In this document: positions 18,284 to 28,034 of the stretch, piece by piece
How the letters are laid out: every line of letters starts with the position of its first letter
Numbering within the stretch: position 1 is the first letter of the stretch
Assembly: GCA_017504965.1 (NCBI GenBank)
Contig: JAFVQD010000010.1
Location: 761-64,760 of the forward strand
Source: Bacteroidales bacterium
GTDB taxonomy: Bacteria > Bacteroidota > Bacteroidia > Bacteroidales > UBA932
DNA: 64,000 bases
Reading direction: 5' to 3'
Translations under genes and position numbers: made by a program
Notes under the pieces: model-generated
Told to the model about the DNA's origin: nothing
Databases searched by the model: none
What the model saw: only the letters and a program-made list of their open reading frames with translations

Positions 18284-20488
18284 TTACTCAATCTTCAAGT
18301 TCTGGAAGTTGCAGGAGTAGCCATCGTTAGGTCCTGTGATGACGATTCGGACAGCTTTCACACCCTTTTCAGGGTTTCTGATGTAGGCGTGGTATCTGTA
18401 GAACTCTTCACCTTTGATAAAGTTTACACCATCGTATGAATACTCCACATAACCATTGCTCACACCGTAGAATGGTATATTGGTGTATCCTGTGGGTATG
18501 TGGATAGTGTTGCACTCTATAGGCTCGTCGAAGATATAGGTAAGGGTCTGGCCTGCCTGAAGTCTCTCTTTGCTTCTAACACGCTTATTGAAATTATATG
18601 TGGTGAGGTCTTCAAGTTTGCTTTTCTCCCAGATAGGAATATCTGTCTCCACTTTCACTTTAGGGGTGATGTAGTGGTGAAGTGTCACATTTTCTGCAGC
18701 TACAGCGATACTGTGAAGATCTCTGCTGAAGAAGGTGCTGAACCTGAAATCTTCAGGGGTATTGGTGATAATTTTACCACTATATACCTTAGATACAGAA
18801 GTAGGTTCTGTACCGTCTGTAGTGTATCTTACCACTGCAGATGGGTAAGGGAGTGTCACTTTCAGTTCCGAATCTTCGTAAACTACTTTAGGTGGTTCTA
18901 CCCTGAATGCTATACCCATAGAGTATAGTCTGTCGTAGTGCTTGTTTACAAGTCTTGAATGGAAATCTTCATAGTTTTTATCCTCTTTGGCGCTCCATCC
19001 TGTCTCAGCTACCGCACATAGACGGGGGAATACCTGATATTCGGAGAATCTTGGAGGGAACTGCATCAGCTCTGTCCATAGGCCTGCCTGCACACCCAAT
19101 ACAAGTTTCTCCTCTTCAGGGGTAAGCTCCATATCCTGTAGGGGATCGTAGCTGTATATTCTGTCAAGTGGTATGATGGCTGCCCAGCTGTGTCCCCTCT
19201 CTGCAGGGGTGTATTGCATATCCACATATAGATATTGTGCTGCCTGCATAATTGTGGGCTGACCTTTTTTTATTGATTCAACACCTTTTGACTGGCTTCT
19301 CCAGGCTACCACAGTGGATGTAGGGTTCAGACCTCCGAAATCCTGTATATCATCCCATCCCATCATCACTTTACCATATTTGTTGATGATCTTCTCCATT
19401 CTTCTTACAAAATAACCGTGAAGCTCCTCCACGTCTTTGAATCCCTCTCTTTCCATTACAGCCTGACAGTCGGGGCATTGTCTCCAGTAGTCAAAAATCA
19501 CCTCATCTCCACCTATGTTTACATATGGACAAGGGAATACAGAGGCGAGTTCCTTAATGATGTTTTCCAGAATTTTGTAGTTGGATTCTTTACCTACGCA
19601 CCACACATTGTCAAATTCACCACAAGCGGATGGAGTATCGGTGCTGGTACCGCAGGTGACATTTCCGAATACTTTGGTAGACGAAAGGGAGTGCCCTGGA
19701 AGATCGAACTCAGGGATGATCATAATGTTCCTTTCTTGAGCATATTTGATAAGCTCTTTCATCTCTTTCTGGGTGTAGTATCCACCATAGCGCTCATCGC
19801 CTGAAAGGTATGTGGGGGGGATGAGTTCATCTTTACCTCTCCAGGCACCTTTAGTGGTAAGTTCAGGGTATTTCTTTATCTCTATTCTCCATCCGTTGTC
19901 ATCTGTAAGGTGAAGGTGGAGTCTGTTGAGTTTATGGGCAGACATCCAGTCAATGTAGCTTCTCAGGTAATCCAAATCGAAGAATGTTCTTGATACATCA
20001 AGCATAAATCCTCTGTATGAAAAGCGTGGAGCATCTTCGATGGTCACAGTCTCAAGAGGGTACTCCTTCAATCTTAGAGATGCACCTGAGTAGATACCGG
20101 CAGGGAATAACTGAAGCAGAGTCTGTACGCCATAATATTTTCCCCCCATATCAGAAGATGCTATGGTCACATTTTCCGGAGTCACAGTAAGTTTGTACCC
20201 TTCGGCAGGGATGGTGCTGTCGGTGATGAAGATGATAGTGTTCTTTCCACCTTTCGCAGTGGTGATCTGTACGGGGAAATCGAGTGCACCATTAAGCTTC
20301 TCCTGAAGATAGAGAGCAGAGAAATCTCTAACATCCTCTGTACTGATGGAGAGTCCCCTTTTTACCATAAAAGTCCCCTCACCCATAACTATCTTGTTAG
20401 GGGTAGGGACGATATTCAATTTGGTTTCAGCCATACCGGAAATAATGTTTCCAAAAATCAATACCAATAGTACGAGTCCTTTTTTCAT
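18284..20488 (-). CDS. Beta-N-acetylhexosaminidase (GH20) with a C-terminal discoidin (F5/8 type C)-like domain
   Basis: RGFMLDVSRTFF, HLHLTDDNGWRIEIKKYPELT and the catalytic region NIGGDEV. A signal peptide is present. The C-terminal roughly 150 aa form a beta-sandwich-like tail. Confidence 0.9.
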   Translation of the reverse strand: MKKGLVLLVLIFGNIISGMAETKLNIVPTPNKIVMGEGTFMVKRGLSISTEDVRDFSALYLQEKLNGALDFPVQITTAKGGKNTIIFITDSTIPAEGYKLTVTPENVTIASSDMGGKYYGVQTLLQLFPAGIYSGASLRLKEYPLETVTIEDAPRFSYRGFMLDVSRTFFDLDYLRSYIDWMSAHKLNRLHLHLTDDNGWRIEIKKYPELTTKGAWRGKDELIPPTYLSGDERYGGYYTQKEMKELIKYAQERNIMIIPEFDLPGHSLSSTKVFGNVTCGTSTDTPSACGEFDNVWCVGKESNYKILENIIKELASVFPCPYVNIGGDEVIFDYWRQCPDCQAVMEREGFKDVEELHGYFVRRMEKIINKYGKVMMGWDDIQDFGGLNPTSTVVAWRSQSKGVESIKKGQPTIMQAAQYLYVDMQYTPAERGHSWAAIIPLDRIYSYDPLQDMELTPEEEKLVLGVQAGLWTELMQFPPRFSEYQVFPRLCAVAETGWSAKEDKNYEDFHSRLVNKHYDRLYSMGIAFRVEPPKVVYEDSELKVTLPYPSAVVRYTTDGTEPTSVSKVYSGKIITNTPEDFRFSTFFSRDLHSIAVAAENVTLHHYITPKVKVETDIPIWEKSKLEDLTTYNFNKRVRSKERLQAGQTLTYIFDEPIECNTIHIPTGYTNIPFYGVSNGYVEYSYDGVNFIKGEEFYRYHAYIRNPEKGVKAVRIVITGPNDGYSCNFQNLKIE

Positions 20489-20501
20489 ATCTATTTATAT
20501 T

Positions 20502-20987
20502 TTATTCCACAAATTTCAATTGCCCGTCGTAAGAGATAGGATCTCTCCCTACAAAGCTGAGTCTGATCATACAAGACCCGTTTCCGAATATCTCGATAAA
20601 AAAGTCTACAGAGTTATGGGAGTTGTCATCTTTCGCTCTGAATCTCACTTCGTGTCTCTCCCTCTTCTCGTTATATTTTACCTGCATATCCACTTTCTGG
20701 TTCTCCATCTCCACTCTGATCTCCTGTCCCGGCATAGGGGCGCTGTCGAGTTTTCCTATGTATGGAAGTTCTGTAGTGAGACAGTGGTCCTTCATAGTGA
20801 TATCGAACTCCATTCGTGTATTTCTACCCGGAAGTCCGATAGGTCTGATCTTGGTAATTTCCATTTCGAAAAATCCAAGTTCCAGCATCTTATCTATTTT
20901 TTTCTTATTGTCAATCTCCTGACCGAAAAGCGATGCGGTCATAACCAATGATAGTAGAATAGTGATTGTTCTTCTCAATTTAGCCAT
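20502..20987 (-). CDS. Small secreted protein of unknown function (DUF4251-like)
   Basis: It has a signal peptide, is about 160 aa, and contains an LPYIGKLDSAP motif like the LPYFG core of DUF4251 proteins. It probably shares an operon with the GH20 gene (13-nt gap). Confidence 0.45.
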   Translation of the reverse strand: MAKLRRTITILLSLVMTASLFGQEIDNKKKIDKMLELGFFEMEITKIRPIGLPGRNTRMEFDITMKDHCLTTELPYIGKLDSAPMPGQEIRVEMENQKVDMQVKYNEKRERHEVRFRAKDDNSHNSVDFFIEIFGNGSCMIRLSFVGRDPISYDGQLKFVE

Positions 20988-21072
20988 AATATTTGTTTTT
21001 AAATTTGGGTAAAGATAATAAAATCATTGTTTAAGTTGTAAAAATTGAGTAAAATTGCACTTCAATACGGTT

Positions 21073-22164
21073 ATGAAGGTACTTATCATTTCAGATGCTC
21101 AGAGTGTCCACACACAGAGGTGGGTCTCCTCTTTAAGTGAAAAAGGGGTGGAGGTAGTCCTTTATAGTATCAAGCCATATCTGGATGATTTCTACTCTTC
21201 CCGTAATATCAAATGCTACTTTTTCGATCTTTTCAGCTATAAAAGGGAGAAAACCGGCCTTTCAGGTGCATTAAAAAGACACTTTAAGGCTGTCAAGCAC
21301 CTTAAAAAGGTCATCAGGGAGGTAAAGCCGGATATTCTTCACGCCCACTATGTGACCAGTTATTCACTGATAGCTGCACTTTCGGGATTCCATCCACTGA
21401 TAGTCTCCATCTGGGGCAGTGATGTATATATCTTCCCCAAGCAGTTGAAGATTAATGAACTTATAGTCAGATACACCCTCCAGAAGGCAGATGTGGTCCT
21501 CTCCACCAGTCACGTTATGGCCAAGGAGGCGTCGAAATATACAGATAAGGATATCCAGATCACTCCGTTCGGGGTAGATACAGAGCTTTTCCACCGTAGT
21601 GTGGCACCACCCAAGGACAAGTTTATCATAGGCAGTGTCAAGACATTGTCTTACAAATATGGCACAGAGTATCTTATCAGAGCATTCAAACTGGTAGTGG
21701 AGAACAATCCCCATCTGGATCTCTATCTGGAACTGGTAGGCAAAGGTCCTGATGAGAAGAAACTAAAAAATATGGTTCACGAGCTGGGCATATCGGATAA
21801 GGTCATCTTTACAGGGTATATCAGGAACGATATCCTCCCCAAAATCTTCGACCGATTCTCGGTAGCCTGCTATATGTCCCTATCCGAGAGTTTCGGTGTA
21901 TCGGCGATCGAGGCTATGGCCTGCAATTGTCCTGTGGTGACATCCGATGCGGATGGATTTACCGAAGTGGTGGAGAATGGGGTTACAGGCCTGATTGTCC
22001 CCAAGTACGATTACCGTGCTGCTGCAGAGGCTATCCAAACATTTATAGATGATCCATCCAAGATTATCACTATGGGTATGGCCGGTCGCGAGAGGGTGGC
22101 TTCACTCTATCAGTGGAGTGATAACGTAGATACTATGATATCTATCTATAAATCAATTCTATGA
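21073..22164 (+). CDS. Glycosyltransferase family 4 (GT-B, GT1/GT4-like)
   Basis: MKVLIISDAQSVHTQRW N-terminus. The C-terminal EX7E-like region is SESFGVSAIEAMACNCPVVTSDADGFTEVVENGVTG. The start was set to the first ATG (21073) rather than the TTG at 21055. Confidence 0.85.
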   Translation: MKVLIISDAQSVHTQRWVSSLSEKGVEVVLYSIKPYLDDFYSSRNIKCYFFDLFSYKREKTGLSGALKRHFKAVKHLKKVIREVKPDILHAHYVTSYSLIAALSGFHPLIVSIWGSDVYIFPKQLKINELIVRYTLQKADVVLSTSHVMAKEASKYTDKDIQITPFGVDTELFHRSVAPPKDKFIIGSVKTLSYKYGTEYLIRAFKLVVENNPHLDLYLELVGKGPDEKKLKNMVHELGISDKVIFTGYIRNDILPKIFDRFSVACYMSLSESFGVSAIEAMACNCPVVTSDADGFTEVVENGVTGLIVPKYDYRAAAEAIQTFIDDPSKIITMGMAGRERVASLYQWSDNVDTMISIYKSIL

Positions 22165-23609
22165 GTACATTAAAGGAGAAAACCGCCAAAGGTCTCGGAT
22201 GGGGGTTTGTCGATAATTTTGTCGGTACCGGCATCACTGCGGTAGTGAGTATCCTTCTGGCGCGTATCCTCTCTCCTCAGGAGTTCGGTCTTGTAGGGAT
22301 GATAGCGATATTCATATCGCTGGGTAATTCACTTATGGACAGTGGTTTCAGTGGTGCACTAATCAGGAAAAAGGATGCTACAGACAAAGATTTGAGTACG
22401 GTTTTCTACACAAATCTCATTCTTAGTATAGTCATATATGCCATATTATATCTCTGTGCCCCTGCGATAGGCTCTTTTCTCGGCAACAGTTTCTTGACCA
22501 CTCTCCTGAGGGTGCTGGGCCTCTCCGTAGTGATAATGTCCTTCACTCAGGTTCAGAAGGTCAATTTTATCCGTAAGATAGATTTCAGGACCCAGGCGAT
22601 CATCTCTCTGGCAGCATCTCTGGTGAGCGGTGTAGTAAGTATATGGATGGCTCTTAAGGGGTGCGGAGTGTGGAGTCTGGTGGCGCAGCAGCTCTCCAAG
22701 CAGGCTGTGGTGTCACTCCTGCTGTGGGTCTTCTCCACCTGGAAGCCATCTTTCACCTTCTCATTTGCCAGTTTCAAGGAGATGTTCGGCTTCGGAAGCA
22801 GGCTGCTCGCCTGTTCACTGATAAGTGTCATCTGGAACGAGATATATTCACTGGTCATCGGAAAGATGTACAATCCCATTGCCGTAGGCTATTTTACCCG
22901 TGCAGAGAAGTTCAAGACTATGGTCACTTCGAATATCGGGCAGGTGGTCCAGAGGGTGGGTTACCCTGTGATGAGCAGCATCAGGGATGATGTGGAGCGA
23001 CAGGTGCGGGTCTACCGTAAGGTGGTCAGGCTCACCATTCTTCTGACCAGTACCCTGGTTCTCGGGCTGATAGGGTGCGCAGATGCGATGATAGAGGTGC
23101 TCATAGGTCCCAAATGGCTCCCTGCAGCCCACTATCTGAGGATTTTGGGGATCTCCGGGATGTTTCTCCCGCTGATTTTGAGCAGTGTCAATGTTTTCAA
23201 TGCCAATGGCAAATCTGATATTACCCTCCTGCTTGAGATCATAAAGACAGCGCTTGCGGTCATCCCGGTGACGCTGGGGATAATCTTCGATATAGATGCA
23301 TTGCTCTGGGGTATGGTGGGGATCACCCTCCTCTCCTACCTCATCCACGCAGCTTTCGTCTCCAAGGAGATCCCCTACTCCGTAGGGCAACAGGTGAGGG
23401 ACATCCTCCCTGCCATAGTGATCTCAGCCTGTATGGCGGTAGCTGTCCACTTCGTAGGGATGGTGGAGATGGCCCCATTCCCCCTACTGCTGCTCCAGAT
23501 CGCAGTGGGATTTGTCATTGTCCTTTTATGCTACGAATTCATCTGCCCCAGCGAGGAGTATACCGAGCTGAAAGGGATGGTGCTGAAAGTTCTCCGTCTG
23601 AAAAAATAG
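22161..23609 (+). CDS. Polysaccharide flippase (Wzx-like, MOP superfamily)
   Basis: About 12-14 TM helices. The N-terminus KGLGWGFVDNFVGTGITAVVSILLARILSPQEFGLVGM is typical of Wzx/RfbX proteins. It overlaps the GT4 stop by 4 nt. Confidence 0.82.
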   Translation: MSTLKEKTAKGLGWGFVDNFVGTGITAVVSILLARILSPQEFGLVGMIAIFISLGNSLMDSGFSGALIRKKDATDKDLSTVFYTNLILSIVIYAILYLCAPAIGSFLGNSFLTTLLRVLGLSVVIMSFTQVQKVNFIRKIDFRTQAIISLAASLVSGVVSIWMALKGCGVWSLVAQQLSKQAVVSLLLWVFSTWKPSFTFSFASFKEMFGFGSRLLACSLISVIWNEIYSLVIGKMYNPIAVGYFTRAEKFKTMVTSNIGQVVQRVGYPVMSSIRDDVERQVRVYRKVVRLTILLTSTLVLGLIGCADAMIEVLIGPKWLPAAHYLRILGISGMFLPLILSSVNVFNANGKSDITLLLEIIKTALAVIPVTLGIIFDIDALLWGMVGITLLSYLIHAAFVSKEIPYSVGQQVRDILPAIVISACMAVAVHFVGMVEMAPFPLLLLQIAVGFVIVLLCYEFICPSEEYTELKGMVLKVLRLKK

Positions 23610-23618
23610 CCGCTGCTT

Positions 23619-24425
23619 ATGCCTAAGGATATCTCCATAATCATAGTCAATTACAATTCGGGGGTGCTCCTCCACAATTGCCTCCGGAGCATCAGAGATG
23701 AGCTCACCGTAGATTATGAGGTGGTGGTGGTGGACAACGCCTCTACCGATGATTCCATAAGCAGGTGCGCCCCATTTGATGATGACTCCCGCTTCATATT
23801 CCATATGATCAATAAGAACCTGGGATTTGCAGCCAGCTGCAATATCGGGGCAGACGACTCTTCGGGGAGGATTCTCCATTTTCTGAACCCGGATACCGAG
23901 CTCAGGCCCGGGGCCAATGGGGACTACCTGAAGGTCCTTCAGGATCCCGAAAAAGTCTATGTCACCCCGCTGGTGAACAGGGACGGCTCGGTGGAGAATG
24001 AGAAGATGGTACTCCCTGTACTGAAAGATATATTCTGGTGGAATATTTCACGCCACAGAGCCAGATACTGGTGCAAAGGGGCATCGGTGATAATTTCGAG
24101 AGATAATTTTCAGAGAGTGGGGAGATGGAGTGAAGATTACTTTATGTATGGGGAGGATATGGACCTCTTCTACCAGTTCTGGATGCACGGTCTGGAGATA
24201 TCGACACTCGACACCCCGATTTTCCACCTCGGAGGTGGGTGCAGCCAGAATGTATGGAGCTCTTTCGAGAGGGAGGTGAAGGTGCAGAGATCATTCAGAA
24301 AATTCTACGACAAATACTTCCCGAGATGGAAATATGTAGCAGTGAAATGCTATTTTTTGCTCCATAATCTGATAAAACACCCATCAAAAGTAAAAGGTGA
24401 CATCAAAGCTTGGAAGAAAGTTTGA
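23619..24425 (+). CDS. Glycosyltransferase family 2
   Basis: ISIIIVNYNS...VVVVDNASTDDS...FLNPDTEL shows the classic GT2 DxD/NAS-TD layout. Confidence 0.85.
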   Translation: MPKDISIIIVNYNSGVLLHNCLRSIRDELTVDYEVVVVDNASTDDSISRCAPFDDDSRFIFHMINKNLGFAASCNIGADDSSGRILHFLNPDTELRPGANGDYLKVLQDPEKVYVTPLVNRDGSVENEKMVLPVLKDIFWWNISRHRARYWCKGASVIISRDNFQRVGRWSEDYFMYGEDMDLFYQFWMHGLEISTLDTPIFHLGGGCSQNVWSSFEREVKVQRSFRKFYDKYFPRWKYVAVKCYFLLHNLIKHPSKVKGDIKAWKKV

Positions 24426-24479
24426 TTTTCACAGAAAAAGTGACTAAAATTGCATAGTTTTTTATTACAATGATATATT

Positions 24480-26423
24480 ATGGACGATAAGTTAATTTCT
24501 AAAGTTCCCGAAGGTCCTCTAGCCGAGAAATGGACTAAGCATAAGGCTGCTATCCGCGTAGTCAGCCCTGCAAACAAGCGCAAGCTTGAAATCATCGTTG
24601 TCGGTACAGGACTTGGTGGTGCTTCCGCAGCCGCTTCTCTTGGCGAGTTGGGATACAATGTAAAAATCTTCTGTATCAGCGATTCACCTCGTAGAGCTCA
24701 CTCTATTGCAGCTCAAGGTGGTATCAATGCTGCTAAGAATTATCAGAATGATAATGACTCTATCTACCGTCTTTTCTACGACACTATCAAAGGCGGTGAC
24801 TACCGTAGTAGGGAAGCCAATGTTTACAGGCTTGCTGAAGTAAGTAACCTTATCATCGACCAGTGTGTCGCTCAAGGTGTTCCTTTTGCACGTGATTATG
24901 GTGGACTTCTTGACAACAGATCATTCGGTGGTGCACAGGTAAGTCGTACTTTCTATGCTCGCGGACAAACCGGTCAGCAGCTGCTATTGGGTGCTTATGC
25001 ATCTCTGAACCGTCAGATCGCTAAAGGTTCAGTAAAATCATATCCTCGTCACGAGATGCTTGACCTGGTAATGATCGATGGCGAAGCTAAAGGTATTATC
25101 GCCCGTAATCTTGAGACAGGTGAGATCGAAAGACACGGAGCACACGCTGTAGTTATCGCTACCGGTGGCTATGGTAACGTGTTCTTCCTCTCTACAAATG
25201 CTATGAACTCTAACGGTTCGGCTGCTTGGCAGTGCTACAAGAAAGGTGCATACTTTGCAAACCCTTGTTTCGCACAGATCCACCCTACCTGTATCCCTGT
25301 ACACGGTGACCAGCAGTCTAAGCTAACACTTATGTCAGAGTCTCTAAGAAACGATGGTAGAATCTGGGTTCCTAAGAAGATGGATGATGTGATGGCTCTA
25401 CGCTCAGGAGCTAAAAAAGCTTCACAGATCCCTGAAGAGGACAGAGACTACTACTTGGAGCGCCGTTATCCTGCATTCGGTAACCTTGTACCACGTGACG
25501 TGGCTTCAAGAGCTGCCAAAGAGAGATGTGACGCAGGTTATGGTGTAAACGGTACCGGTCTTGCAGTATTCTTGGATTTCTCTACAGCTATCAAGAGACT
25601 TGGTAAAGATGTGATCACAGCCCGTTACGGTAACTTGTTCCAGATGTATGAAAAGATCACAGCAGTTAACCCTTACGAAGAGCCAATGATGATTTACCCT
25701 GCTATCCACTACACTATGGGTGGTATCTGGGTAGACTATAACCTTCAAACCACTATCCCTGGTCTTTACGCTATCGGTGAAGCAAACTTCAGTGACCACG
25801 GTGGTAACAGACTTGGTGCTTCTGCTTTGATGCAGGGTCTTGCTGACGGTTATTTCATCCTTCCTTACACTATCGGAGATTACTTATCGCATAAAATTCA
25901 GGTTCCTAAGACCGATACATCTCACCCTGCTTTTGATGAGGCAGAGAAAGCTGTTAAAGAGAAGATCAACTACTTCCTTAACCTTAAAGGTACCCAGCCT
26001 GTGGATTACTACCACAAGAAACTTGGTCACCTGATGTGGGAATATGTAGGTATGGCTCGTGAAAAAGCCGGTCTTGAGAAAGCTATCGTTGAGATCAAAG
26101 CTCTTAAAGAAGAGTTCTTGAAGAATGTATATGTACCGGGTGAGAACGCTGAGTTTAACCAGGAGCTTGAAAAAGCTATCCGTCTTGCTGACTACTTCGA
26201 GATCGGTGACTTGATGGCACGTGACGCCCTCAACAGAGAGGAGTCTTGTGGTGGTCACTTCAGAGTGGAGATGCAGACTGAAGAGGGTGAAACCAAGCGT
26301 GACGATGCTAACTTCTCATATGTAAGTGCTTGGGAATACAAAGCAGACGCAGATCCTGTACTTCACAAAGAAGAGCTGAACTTCGAATTTGTCAAACCAT
26401 CTACTCGTAACTATAAAGACTAA
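24480..26423 (+). CDS. frdA: Fumarate reductase / succinate dehydrogenase flavoprotein subunit
   Basis: Bacteroides-type N-terminus [52 protein letters not shown]-His site [17 protein letters not shown]. Confidence 0.95.
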   Translation: MDDKLISKVPEGPLAEKWTKHKAAIRVVSPANKRKLEIIVVGTGLGGASAAASLGELGYNVKIFCISDSPRRAHSIAAQGGINAAKNYQNDNDSIYRLFYDTIKGGDYRSREANVYRLAEVSNLIIDQCVAQGVPFARDYGGLLDNRSFGGAQVSRTFYARGQTGQQLLLGAYASLNRQIAKGSVKSYPRHEMLDLVMIDGEAKGIIARNLETGEIERHGAHAVVIATGGYGNVFFLSTNAMNSNGSAAWQCYKKGAYFANPCFAQIHPTCIPVHGDQQSKLTLMSESLRNDGRIWVPKKMDDVMALRSGAKKASQIPEEDRDYYLERRYPAFGNLVPRDVASRAAKERCDAGYGVNGTGLAVFLDFSTAIKRLGKDVITARYGNLFQMYEKITAVNPYEEPMMIYPAIHYTMGGIWVDYNLQTTIPGLYAIGEANFSDHGGNRLGASALMQGLADGYFILPYTIGDYLSHKIQVPKTDTSHPAFDEAEKAVKEKINYFLNLKGTQPVDYYHKKLGHLMWEYVGMAREKAGLEKAIVEIKALKEEFLKNVYVPGENAEFNQELEKAIRLADYFEIGDLMARDALNREESCGGHFRVEMQTEEGETKRDDANFSYVSAWEYKADADPVLHKEELNFEFVKPSTRNYKD

Positions 26424-26435
26424 GGGGGATTTAAT

Positions 26436-27215
26436 ATGAATTTCACTTTAAAAGTTTGGCGTCAGAAAGACGCAAAATCAAAAGGTCATTTTGAGACCTA
26501 TAAGATTGAGAACATCTCTCCTGATACATCTTTCCTTGAGATGATGGATATTCTCAATGACCAACTTATCAGAGAGGGCAATGTCCCTGTGGCTGTTAAC
26601 AAAGGCTGCCACGGTTCAGGTCCTGTAGCTTTTGACCACGACTGTAGAGAGGGTATCTGCGGTATGTGTTCACTATATATCAACGGTCGTGCACACGGAC
26701 CTGACGAGGAGATCACTACTTGTCAGCTTCATATGCGTAAATTTAAAGATGGCGAAACTATCACTATCGAACCTTGGAGAAGTGCCGGTTTCCCTATCAT
26801 TAAAGACTTGGTGGTAAATAGAGGCGCATTTGACCAGATTCTTCAGGCAGGTGGTTTCATCTCTGTAAATGCAGGTAGTGCTCCTGATGCAAATGCTATT
26901 CCTATCCCTAAGAAAGCTGCTGACGAAAGTATGGATGCTGCTTCTTGCGTGGGCTGTGGTGCTTGTGTAGCTACTTGTAAGAACGGTTCTGCTATGCTTT
27001 TCGTTTCAGCACGTGTCAGCTCATTGGCACTTCTTCCTCAAGGTAAAGTTGAGGCTTCAAGAAGAGCTAAAGCTATGGTTGCAAAAATGGACGAACTTGG
27101 TTTCGGTGCTTGTACCAACACCCAGGCTTGTCAGATGGAGTGCCCTAAAGGTGTCACTGTATCTCACATCGCAAGACTTAACAGAGAGTTCCTTTGCGCT
27201 AAGCTAAAAGACTAA
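26436..27215 (+). CDS. frdB: Fumarate reductase / succinate dehydrogenase iron-sulfur subunit
   Basis: 2Fe-2S motif [10 protein letters not shown]. 4Fe-4S and 3Fe-4S motifs [11 protein letters not shown] and [12 protein letters not shown]. Confidence 0.93.
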   Translation: MNFTLKVWRQKDAKSKGHFETYKIENISPDTSFLEMMDILNDQLIREGNVPVAVNKGCHGSGPVAFDHDCREGICGMCSLYINGRAHGPDEEITTCQLHMRKFKDGETITIEPWRSAGFPIIKDLVVNRGAFDQILQAGGFISVNAGSAPDANAIPIPKKAADESMDAASCVGCGACVATCKNGSAMLFVSARVSSLALLPQGKVEASRRAKAMVAKMDELGFGACTNTQACQMECPKGVTVSHIARLNREFLCAKLKD

Positions 27216-27230
27216 TTTGATTCACTGTTT

Positions 27231-28034
27231 ATGGAATTTTTCGCTACATCTAACGGAATTCCTGTACATATTTCAGATACCGAGAAGGGGGATATTACTA
27301 TCCTCCTTCTTCACGGTTATCTGGAGACACTATATGTGTGGGAAGAATTTATCGGGTTGTTTCCTAAAAATTTCAGATTCATATCCATAGACCTTCCCGG
27401 TCACGGATTGACAGGCACTCACCCCCACTCCAACTCTATGGAGTTCTGTGCCGACACCATAAAAGGTGTGCTTGACAAATGTGGGGTGGATAAATGCTAT
27501 GTGGCCGGCCACTCTCTTGGTGGATACATAAGCTTCGAGTTCATAAAGAAGTATCCCGCCGCAGTCCAGGGACTCATTATGATCAATACCAATACCTATG
27601 CAGACACAGAAGAGGTGGCTGCATCAAGGGGGAAGGAGATCCATTTCATCACATCCGGCCGACTTCTCACACTCGCCTCACTCGCTATTCCCAATATGTT
27701 CAAAAAGGAGAATCTCCGCAGGATGGATCTTAAGATTCAGGAGATACTTGAGATCGCTGATACTCACGATCCCGAGGGAATAGCAGCATCAGTAAGAGGT
27801 ATGGCTTCGAGGGTAGACAATACAGAGTTTTTAGCAGGTCTTGATATACCTGTTATCGCATTTTTTGGTGATTCAGACCACTTTTTCCCGATGGAGCAGG
27901 TGGAGCTTCAGATGAATGCTCTCCCCTCTGTAAAGGGTTGTATTGTCCCAAATTCAGGGCACGACTCTTATTTGGAAGAGCCTGATTTCGTGGCCAGCAA
28001 AATCGTAGAGTTCCTTACCACAGGAAGTTGTTAA
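27231..28034 (+). CDS. Alpha/beta-fold hydrolase
   Basis: ILLLHGY...DLPGHG...AGHSLGGY nucleophile elbow, with a C-terminal GHDSYLEEP His. It lies 16 nt after frdB. Confidence 0.8.
   Translation: MEFFATSNGIPVHISDTEKGDITILLLHGYLETLYVWEEFIGLFPKNFRFISIDLPGHGLTGTHPHSNSMEFCADTIKGVLDKCGVDKCYVAGHSLGGYISFEFIKKYPAAVQGLIMINTNTYADTEEVAASRGKEIHFITSGRLLTLASLAIPNMFKKENLRRMDLKIQEILEIADTHDPEGIAASVRGMASRVDNTEFLAGLDIPVIAFFGDSDHFFPMEQVELQMNALPSVKGCIVPNSGHDSYLEEPDFVASKIVEFLTTGSC

Noticed and set aside
20346-20951. A 201-aa plus ORF overlapping the GH20 start and the DUF4251-like gene.
   Set aside because: It is antisense to two co-oriented, tightly packed minus-strand genes, and it is hydrophobic and low-complexity.
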